The notes under the pieces were generated by a model. It saw nothing but the letters and a program-made list of their open reading frames with translations. It was not told the origin of the DNA and ran no database searches. Positions 60,801 to 64,000 of a stretch of DNA of 64,000 bases are shown here, in pieces. Every line of letters starts with the position of its first letter. The stretch's first letter is position 1. The DNA is taken from NCBI GenBank assembly GCA_977017645.1, contig OZ360224.1:177692001-177756000 (forward strand), written 5' to 3'. The DNA is from Torpedo marmorata. Its lineage: Eukaryota. The translations under genes and the position numbers were made by a program.

Positions 60801-62899
60801 CCGGGATGTGAGAGGGTGCCGAGGGCTCGAAGGGTTCCCGAGGAGCCTCGGGTGCCGAAGGCTTCCTGATCATGTTGGAGGTTTGGATCTGGAGCTCGGG
60901 TTGCCAATGGTTTGGACTGAAGTTTGTGCTGCTGCAGAGGCTACGGGAGCGCTGGAGGCGAATCCACAGTCACTCAGTGACTCTGGAGGATTCTCTTTCT
61001 CTAACTGTAAGGTGCGATTTCTGCTGATGGCGACTCTTTGTCTGCCTTACGGCAGACTAAATGCAATTTCGTGTAATATTACCTGTTTTATAACGCGGCA
61101 ATAAAAGAATCTTGAATCTTGAGTTTTAAACACACATTTCTACTCTCGGTTTCACAAGCTGAAGACAATTGAGCCAAGAATGCAACATTCCAGGAAGCTG
61201 ATCAACCTGTTCACTCACCCGAAGTTCCTCCTGCTGCTGCTTCAGAAGCTCAAACTCGATGGCGGGGGTAGGTAGCCGCGATATCAGTGTCCGAGTCTCC
61301 TCAAGCCATGGCCAGAGCTCCTCGTAGGTCTCACAAAACTGGATGATCAGAGACTGAGCACGTTCCAGTTGCAGGTATCGCTCCGCGTTCATCTGGCTGA
61401 TCACCTCGTACTGCTTCTGAAGCACCTCCAGCTTTCCCTAAAACAAAAACAATCCAAAGCACTTCTGTCAACAGAAGCTGTAAATAAATGATCTATTCCT
61501 CATTCACATTTCATGGCTCAAACGTGGGTTTGCAATGGTTACAGACCAATGAGACTCACACATGCTCAAACACAACGTCATTAGCATGTGATTGCATCCT
61601 TCGTTCTTGTACCTTCAGGGATTCTCGCTCCTCCTCGGTGCTGGAATTCATAATTTGGTCCCCATTCGCGACAAGCTCATCAATTGTGTCTTTGTGTCGT
61701 AAAATATCCATCGAAAATGCCTGAAACACAGAATATGAAAATGTCAACACGGATTTTGTTTTAAATTACAGGTACAAATATAGCTGCTGCCTTAAATCCA
61801 GAACGCTGGAGTGCTGGCAAGAACTAATGCATCCTCCTGTTAGTTCCAAGTGAAACAACAGAGGTGACAGTAAGTGAGGAAAACAAGAGTGGAGAGACAA
61901 CTGATTCCAAGAGGGTGACAACAGCAGGGAGCAGCTTGCTGTGATTGGGATTTGTCCCTATGGCATCCCAGTGACTGACGCCTTTTCTTTCAATGTGATT
62001 GGCCCACTGCTGTTGAGCTCCTGACTCAGGATTATTGGTGCTGTTTGGCCTGCTCTTCCAATACTTAAAATGGCAATCTACGGAGGACAGAGTCCAAGAG
62101 GTGCATGCGAGGTCACAAGATGAAATGAATCATCTGCTCTCCATTGACAACACTCAAGTGGCCCATGCTTTATGCACAGGATTATAAGAAATGGGAATAG
62201 GTAAGAGAGGATTAGTCAGGCCAATACTTGTGGTAGGAAAACATGACATACCAATAATCTCAACGAATTGTGAGCAGAACGAAATGTGGTATCTCTTCCA
62301 CTGCGACTTCATTAGTTCTCCCTCACTGTGCATCTTTAAATGGTCACGTGGTTTCAAGGGTTTAAAATGGACCTCGTGAGGGACATGAGCGATTTCCTAT
62401 CACTTAATGAGCATGATCTTTGTTGTTCCGATATGTTCATCACTCGGTGTATGCCAATACAATCAATAAATTGGGACCTGCATTACTATCAACTGTACTG
62501 GCTGTAATGGTGATCAGACAGCATTGAAGGTGAAGCAGCCTTGTCTTCACACTCCTGACAGAGCGTAACTGTACAGAGGGAAGGATACTTTGCATGAAGG
62601 CCACATTGCTTTCAGCAAGGACGTACTCATCAGGAAACAAGGTGTTCAAGTACAGGAATATTCAATTCAAAAAAGTGTTTCTCAGAATTGCAGTGTGCCT
62701 CTTTTATAAATGCTCATAATGGACCTGACATTATCCAGTAATAACATGCAGACACCGGCTGTCGAGTTTGCTGCATTACCTTTTGAACTTGTAGTTCGGC
62801 AGAAGTCTGGTCTTGCTCAAGCCTTATGTCACCAAGTGATCTCAGCTTCCTCTCAGTTTCTGCGATCCAAGCAATCTCTGCATCTGCTCTTTGCTCGAA
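326..62899 (-). CDS. DST: Dystonin (BPAG1) spectraplakin, partial: 23 exons of the C-terminal spectrin-repeat rod, 1242 aa; gene extends beyond both ends
   Basis: All 23 exons have GT/AG boundaries with compatible phases and join without stops. Peptides such as [39 protein letters not shown] and [26 protein letters not shown] match vertebrate DST as I recall it, more closely than MACF1 (e.g. [31 protein letters not shown]). The paralogue call should be confirmed by phylogeny. Confidence 0.9.
732..905 (-). mobile_element. Rex1/Babar-type LINE 3'UTR fragment containing a compound (CA)n microsatellite (about 807-869)
   Basis: Similar to the tail at 1965-1986/2360-2420 (caagtttatt...tgtaca...gacgaaacagc); the unit cacggtgcgcgcgggtg(ca)n occurs twice. 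Confidence 0.65.
1170..1900 (+). mobile_element. Degenerate CR1 LINE 3' fragment (boundaries approximate)
   Basis: Decayed [11 protein letters not shown] / RRFTRMLPG / [14 protein letters not shown] segments plus a CR1-type tail. Confidence 0.7.
1965..3290 (-). mobile_element. Rex1/Babar LINE 3' portion, interrupted at 1987-2359 by the 3' end of a related element
   Basis: (GACTT)n tail; ORF pieces [19 protein letters not shown] and [11 protein letters not shown]; the inner insert is flanked by TGTCA (1982-1986, 2360-2364). Confidence 0.8.
3712..3855 (-). CDS. DST: DST exon, 144 nt (DFVKKLEEK...[12 protein letters not shown])
   Basis: Translated by hand; tttaag|GAC ... GAG|gtaact; phase 0/0. 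Confidence 0.92.
4095..6125. repeat. Minisatellite, 30-bp unit AGTACAGAGGGAGCGCTGCCCTCCCAGTGT with 28-bp variants, about 68 units
   Basis: Periodicity is directly visible; explains the long repetitive ORFs on both strands. Confidence 0.97.
6337..6465 (-). CDS. DST: DST exon, 129 nt ([10 protein letters not shown]...LIDQHK)
   Basis: ttacag|GCT ... AAG|gttgga; phase 0/0. Confidence 0.93.
6615..6904. mobile_element. Older composite Penelope-derived mini-element(s)
   Basis: Inverted arms gctggagggactcagcagctcaggcagcatc / gatgc...gacctgctgagttcgtccaaca; flanked by GGAGCAGAAGGTTG (6601-6614) and GAAGCAGAAGGTTG (6905-6918). Confidence 0.55.
7123..7381 (+). mobile_element. tRNA-derived V-SINE (HE1-like)
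   Basis: A/B-box-like head, V-domain-like GTTTGTACGTTCTCCCC...GGGTTTCCTCCGGGTGCTCCGG, CR1-like tail, AT-rich end; multiple copies in the window. Confidence 0.85.
7763..7957 (-). CDS. DST: DST exon, 195 nt ([10 protein letters not shown]...EQALNQ)
   Basis: gtgcag|GTC ... CAG|gtaaaa; phase 0/0. Confidence 0.94.
8912..9071 (-). CDS. DST: DST exon, 160 nt ((R)[14 protein letters not shown]...LIDAHK)
   Basis: tttcag|G ... AAG|gtattg; phase 2/0, matching the upstream exon. Confidence 0.94.
9657..10650 (+). mobile_element. L1-clade LINE, 5'-truncated (ORF2 C-terminus, 3'UTR, polyA)
   Basis: CFRC..H..W.C knuckle; AATAAA plus polyA; TSD (A)AGTTTTGACAATTGTT at 9641-9656 and 10651-10666. Confidence 0.95.
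11384..13652 (+). mobile_element. Younger 5'-truncated Rex1/Babar LINE (RT domain with a stop and a frameshift)
   Basis: [37 protein letters not shown]; AATAAA plus (GACTT)3 tail; TTAGAA at 11378-11383 and 13653-13658. Confidence 0.9.
12756..13389 (+). mobile_element. CpG-rich LTR-like/promoter-like insert inside the Rex1 element
   Basis: GC/CpG-rich 5' half, TTTAAAT at 13056, AATAAA at 13279, ends in GTCGCTACA; no clear 5' TG terminus or short TSD. Confidence 0.55.
14557..14817. mobile_element. Penelope-derived fold-back mini-element (inverted pLTR arms of about 90 bp)
   Basis: Homologous to the 3' terminus of the GIY-YIG element (59720-59893); 14-bp TSD at 14543-14556 and 14818-14831. Confidence 0.85.
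14624..14664 (-). ncRNA. Minimal type I hammerhead-ribozyme-like motif (Penelope-associated)
   Basis: CATACC-TTGATGA-A-GGGC(TCAA)GCCC-GAAACGTT-GGTTATG; putative triplet GUU. Confidence 0.55.
15590..15898 (+). mobile_element. Penelope-like 3' fragment with internal deletions
   Basis: Matches 59440-59550 (tgtccatggcct...aaattggaggaacaacacct) and a pLTR-type tail. Confidence 0.75.
16988..19667 (+). mobile_element. L1-clade LINE, 5'-truncated, uninterrupted ORF2 from the RT to the stop (19361)
   Basis: [42 protein letters not shown]; polyA; 19-bp TSD AATCATCGAGAGAGCTTCC at 16969-16987 and 19668-19686. Confidence 0.96.
20203..20372 (-). CDS. DST: DST exon, 170 nt ([16 protein letters not shown]...CGKSVER)
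   Basis: Translated by hand; atgtag|GAG ... GAAAG|gtaaag; phase 0/2. Confidence 0.93.
20686..20933 (-). mobile_element. V-SINE
   Basis: Reverse complement of the 7123-7381 family. Confidence 0.85.
21086..24440 (+). mobile_element. L1-clade LINE, 5'-truncated near the end of the EN domain; ORF2 has a single 4-bp deletion near 23693
   Basis: WRFDSSLL linker, full RT motifs; CATCA-TATTTA versus CATCAATTATATTTA in the 16988 copy; polyA; 16-bp TSD AAGTCAGTGGTCAAAC at 21070-21085 and 24441-24456. Confidence 0.96.
24562..24681 (-). CDS. DST: DST exon, 120 nt ([11 protein letters not shown]...QLANHK)
   Basis: caatag|TTC ... AAG|gtaatg; phase 0/0. Confidence 0.93.
25177..25420 (-). mobile_element. 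V-SINE
   Basis: Same family as 20686-20933. Confidence 0.85.
25956..26020. repeat. Direct duplication of GCACTCAGTTGAACAGATGCACACAGTTTA (35-bp period)
   Basis: Seen directly. Confidence 0.9.
26024..26181 (+). mobile_element. Penelope-derived mini-element (short inverted arm plus pLTR with hammerhead-like motif at 26043-26082)
   Basis: GTGCAATACACAAAA is inverted to TTTTGTGTATTGCAC; 14-bp TSD CACACAGTTTAACA at 26010-26023 and 26182-26195. Confidence 0.85.
26271..26477 (-). CDS. DST: DST exon, 207 nt ([11 protein letters not shown]...ARKRAKQ)
   Basis: tttcag|GTT ... CAG|gtatgg; phase 0/0. Confidence 0.94.
26564..26719 (-). CDS. DST: DST exon, 156 nt ([10 protein letters not shown]...FQIDEHK)
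   Basis: gtgcag|GTT ... AAG|gtactt; phase 0/0; followed by an 86-nt intron. Confidence 0.94.
27863..28024 (-). CDS. DST: DST exon, 162 nt ([11 protein letters not shown]...IKLTERK)
   Basis: Translated by hand; ttgtag|GAG ... AAG|gtgcca; phase 0/0. Confidence 0.9.
29215..29343 (-). CDS. DST: DST exon, 129 nt ([10 protein letters not shown]...EQLNAHL)
   Basis: gtgcag|GCT ... CTG|gtatgc; phase 0/0. Confidence 0.93.
30425..30595. repeat. Diverged tandem duplication, 94-bp period
   Basis: AAATTGTACCCCCTCTGG at 30425 and 30519, with alignable downstream sequence. Confidence 0.8.
30674..30871 (-). CDS. DST: DST exon, 198 nt ([10 protein letters not shown]...HHSLIQ)
   Basis: ttttag|GTG ... CAG|gtgtga; phase 0/0. 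Confidence 0.93.
32053..32350 (+). mobile_element. Older V-SINE copy
   Basis: GGAGTTTGCATGTTCTCCCTGT...TGGGTTTCCC V-domain-like core; similar old copies at about 15190-15420, 39120-39275 (-) and 44495-46000 (interrupted). Confidence 0.65.
32500..32655 (-). CDS. DST: DST exon, 156 nt ([10 protein letters not shown]...IAKHH)
   Basis: ttgcag|CAT ... CAC|gtatgt; phase 0/0. Confidence 0.94.
32855..33450 (+). mobile_element. CR1 LINE 3' fragment, interrupted at 33167-33296
   Basis: [15 protein letters not shown] / [11 protein letters not shown] / FKVRG motifs. Confidence 0.75.
33167..33296 (-). mobile_element. Penelope pLTR-derived mini-insert, truncated inside the hammerhead motif
   Basis: Reverse complement of 59762-59893; 14-bp TSD CAGTTGTACTCTTA at 33153-33166 and 33297-33310. 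Confidence 0.88.
33496..33669 (-). CDS. DST: DST exon, 174 nt ([16 protein letters not shown]...KIVNRQ)
   Basis: Translated by hand; caacag|CAC ... CAG|gtgatg; phase 0/0. Confidence 0.92.
33809..33910 (-). CDS. DST: DST exon, 102 nt ([10 protein letters not shown]...KQQIAELK)
   Basis: Translated by hand; attcag|GCC ... AAG|gtatgt; phase 0/0. Confidence 0.92.
34995..35096 (-). CDS. DST: DST exon, 102 nt ([12 protein letters not shown]...FQDALQ)
   Basis: ttacag|CTG ... CAG|gtactg; phase 0/0. Confidence 0.93.
36270..36825 (+). mobile_element. Unclassified GC-rich non-coding retroposon (same family as 60440-61122)
   Basis: Shared blocks gagaaca..ccc, ccaggtatcgg, tccac.g.cact...gactctg, gatggcgactct; GAATCTTGA tail. 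Confidence 0.6.
36975..37620 (+). mobile_element. Degenerate CR1 RT fragment (boundaries approximate)
   Basis: Decayed KSP.PDG / W..ANV.P.F / [14 protein letters not shown] motifs. Confidence 0.65.
37768..37890 (-). CDS. DST: DST exon, 123 nt ([13 protein letters not shown]...[11 protein letters not shown])
   Basis: Absent from the ORF track, translated by hand; ttctag|ACA ... GAG|gtgtgt; phase 0/0. Confidence 0.92.
38680..39040 (+). mobile_element. CR1 3' fragment with a short opposite-strand CR1 tail inserted (about 38828-38900)
   Basis: AGAACTAGAGGGCATAGGTTGAAGG, CTTTTTCACTCAGA; inner cataagaaataggaccaggagtaggcc. Confidence 0.65.
40700..40948 (-). mobile_element. V-SINE
   Basis: Same family, intact tRNA-like head. 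Confidence 0.85.
41108..41334 (-). CDS. DST: DST exon, 227 nt ((A)[12 protein letters not shown]...QQEALE)
   Basis: tttaag|CT ... GAG|gtcagg; phase 1/0, matching the upstream exon. Confidence 0.92.
42110..43460 (-). mobile_element. Degenerate CR1 LINE, RT to 3' end
   Basis: [21 protein letters not shown]...FFEEVT...[25 protein letters not shown]. Confidence 0.8.
43583..43847 (-). mobile_element. V-SINE (young, CpG-rich copy)
   Basis: Same family; full head GGGCGGCACGGTTGGCGTAGCGG. Confidence 0.88.
44120..44351 (-). CDS. DST: DST exon, 232 nt ([10 protein letters not shown]...DKDFCAK)
   Basis: ttgcag|TTT ... AAAG|gtaatt; phase 0/1. Confidence 0.93.
44534..45721. mobile_element. Penelope-derived fold-back mini-element (44534-44734 plus 45720-45721) inside an old V-SINE, itself interrupted by a Rex1 LINE
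   Basis: Inverted arms gctgaagaaactcagcagg / cctgcggagtttctccagc; 14-bp TSD ACACAGATCCAGAG at 44520-44533 and 45722-45735. Confidence 0.8.
44735..45715 (-). mobile_element. 5'-truncated Rex1/Babar LINE
   Basis: [36 protein letters not shown]; (ATTCTG)n tail; TGTT flanks at 44731-44734 and 45716-45719. Confidence 0.9.
47330..48090 (+). mobile_element. CR1 endonuclease-domain fragment joined to a CR1 3' tail
   Basis: [29 protein letters not shown] motifs. Confidence 0.75.
48769..48972 (-). CDS. DST: DST exon, 204 nt ([10 protein letters not shown]...EAISQSTQ)
   Basis: ttgcag|CAA ... CAG|gtatgg; phase 0/0. Confidence 0.93.
49005..49300 (-). mobile_element. CR1 3' tail
   Basis: Reverse complement of the tails at 53780-54030 and 63440-63670. 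Confidence 0.7.
50200..50760 (+). mobile_element. Degenerate CR1 3' fragment
   Basis: [15 protein letters not shown] motif plus tail. Confidence 0.7.
50765..51400 (-). mobile_element. CR1 3' fragment
   Basis: ORF 51042-51383: [19 protein letters not shown]...[12 protein letters not shown]. Confidence 0.85.
53155..54032 (+). mobile_element. CR1 3' fragment
   Basis: [39 protein letters not shown]. Confidence 0.88.
54503..54564. repeat. Perfect 30-bp tandem duplication ATCCAGTGTAGAAGATGCATCAACCTACAA
   Basis: Seen directly. Confidence 0.92.
54672..55142 (+). mobile_element. CR1 3' fragment
   Basis: [27 protein letters not shown]; (TTCTATGG)-type tail. Confidence 0.85.
55218..55905 (-). mobile_element. 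Penelope-like 3' fragment (GIY-YIG C-terminus plus pLTR with degenerate hammerhead at 55279-55319)
   Basis: Reverse-complement homologue of 59260-59860 ([10 protein letters not shown]). Confidence 0.85.
55906..56305 (+). mobile_element. Degenerate CR1 3' fragment
   Basis: YEKVK.RLDLYS..FR-like segment and tail. Confidence 0.55.
56595..57730 (-). mobile_element. CR1 RT C-terminal fragment plus tail
   Basis: [27 protein letters not shown]; [18 protein letters not shown]. Confidence 0.87.
58958..59893 (+). mobile_element. Penelope-like element 3' part: linker, GIY-YIG endonuclease (frameshifted) and pLTR
   Basis: [20 protein letters not shown]...[35 protein letters not shown]; no TSD seen. 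Confidence 0.92.
59749..59789 (+). ncRNA. Minimal type I hammerhead-ribozyme-like motif in the Penelope pLTR
   Basis: CATACC-TTGATGA-A-GGGC(TCTA)GCCC-GAA-ACGT-C-GGTTATG: stem I, U3-variant core, stem II, palindromic stem III, GUC triplet ending at 59782. Confidence 0.65.
60440..61122 (+). mobile_element. Unclassified GC-rich non-coding retroposon with AATAAA plus (AATCTTG)2 tail
   Basis: Homologous to 36270-36825; the tail resembles the short tandem tails of the Rex1-type elements here. Confidence 0.65.
61219..61437 (-). CDS. DST: DST exon, 219 nt ([10 protein letters not shown]...QQQEELR)
   Basis: ttttag|GGA ... CGG|gtgagt; phase 0/0. Confidence 0.93.
61613..61720 (-). CDS. DST: DST exon, 108 nt ([10 protein letters not shown]...ERESLK)
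   Basis: tttcag|GCA ... AAG|gtacaa; phase 0/0. Confidence 0.93.
62780..62899 (-). CDS. DST: DST exon, 120 nt ([11 protein letters not shown]...AELQVQK)
   Basis: catcag|TTC ... AAG|gtaatg; phase 0/0. Confidence 0.93.
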
Positions 62900-63009
62900 C
62901 TGATGTGAAGGAAGACAGACAGTCAGGTCAGCACCCTCCTTAAACTCAAACAGCACTCTTCCCTTTCACATCAGCCCATTCTCTCAGAGGAGCAAATGTC
63001 CCCAGGTTC

Positions 63010-63670
63010 TTAGTGCGGGTGCAGCAGCTAATCAAGAAGGCAAATGGGACGTTGGCCTTCATTGCTAGAGGGATTGAATTTAAGAGCAGGGAGATTCTAC
63101 TGCAACTGTGCAGGGTTCTGGTGAGGCCACACTTGGAGTACTGGTGTGCAGTTCTGGTCTCCTTTCTTATGGAAGGATAGAACATTACAGTACAGAACAG
63201 GCTCTTCAGCCTACGATGTTCTTTGGAGGCAGTGCAGATGGGGTTCACCAGGTTGATTTTTAGAGAAGAGGAAGTTAGCCTATGCAGAGAGGTCGAGTCA
63301 CCTGGGATTATACGCTCGCTGGAATTCAGAAGAGGGGTTCTTCTAGAAACATATAAAATTATGAAAGGGATAGACAAGATAAAGGCAGGAAAGTTGTAGT
63401 CCCAAGTTCCGAGGGAGTAGGTTCAGGACGGAGATGAGAGTAGTGAATCTGTGGAATTCTCAGCCCAAGGAAGCAATAGAGGCTGCCTCATTAAATATAT
63501 TTAAAACACAGGCTAGATAGATTTTTGCATCGTAGAGGAATTAAGGATTATGGAGAAAAGGCAGGTAAGTGGAGTTGAGTCTATGGCATGATCAGCAATG
63601 ATCTTATTGAATGGAGAAGCCGGCTGGACGAGCCAGATGGCCGACTCCTGCTCCTATTTCTCATGTTCTG
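63010..63670 (+). mobile_element. CR1 3' fragment
   Basis: Closely similar to 53355-54030; short opposite-strand tail at about 63178-63222. Confidence 0.85.
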
Positions 63671-63831
63671 AAATGAGAGGCAACACATAACAGGGGTGCA
63701 ATGATTGTTTCCAGGAGCCCCAAGGAACTGATTAAGGAGGCAATAATAACTGTCCTATCTAGAAATAATTAGCCTGTTATCTCTAATTTCCCACTAATGT
63801 TTCAGGCAATGCTAAATGAAACTATATATAT

Positions 63832-64000
63832 TTTTAAATTTAATTAAGAGATATAGCACGGCCACAGCCCCTTCTGGTCCATGAGCCTGTGCTGCCCAAG
63901 TACACCAACTAACCAACAAACCCCGTATGTTTTTGAAGGGTGGGAGGAAACGGGAGCACCCAGAGGAAACCCACGCAGTCACAGAGTGAACATGCAAACT
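63832..64000 (-). mobile_element. V-SINE (runs off the window end)
   Basis: Same family as 43583-43847. Confidence 0.82.

Noticed and set aside
326-62899. MACF1 as the gene identity
   Set aside because: Diagnostic stretches fit DST better as I recall them; MACF1 is not formally excluded without an alignment.

Overview
Eukaryotic, intron-rich vertebrate DNA. The repeat families (V-SINE/HE1-like SINEs, CR1, Rex1/Babar, Penelope) suggest a cartilaginous fish, probably a ray (inference). The whole window lies inside one minus-strand spectraplakin gene, best read as dystonin (DST/BPAG1). I can place 23 GT-AG coding exons between 62899 and 326. They join in frame into 3726 nt / 1242 aa of the C-terminal spectrin-repeat rod, and the gene continues beyond both window ends. 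The introns hold three 5'-truncated L1-clade LINEs with perfect TSDs, nested Rex1/Babar LINEs, many CR1 fragments, about 10 tRNA-derived SINEs, two Penelope GIY-YIG fragments and a 2-kb 30-bp minisatellite. Most worth following up: (i) short Penelope-derived elements carrying a minimal hammerhead-ribozyme motif, four of which have TSDs of exactly 14 bp; (ii) a 632-bp CpG-rich, LTR/promoter-like module inside a LINE, flanked by an 89-bp direct duplication; (iii) a shared C|AA target site and conserved 3'UTR G-tract in three diverged, apparently young L1 lineages. No prokaryotic system or CRISPR array is present. Most ORFs in the supplied track are repeat-derived or spurious.
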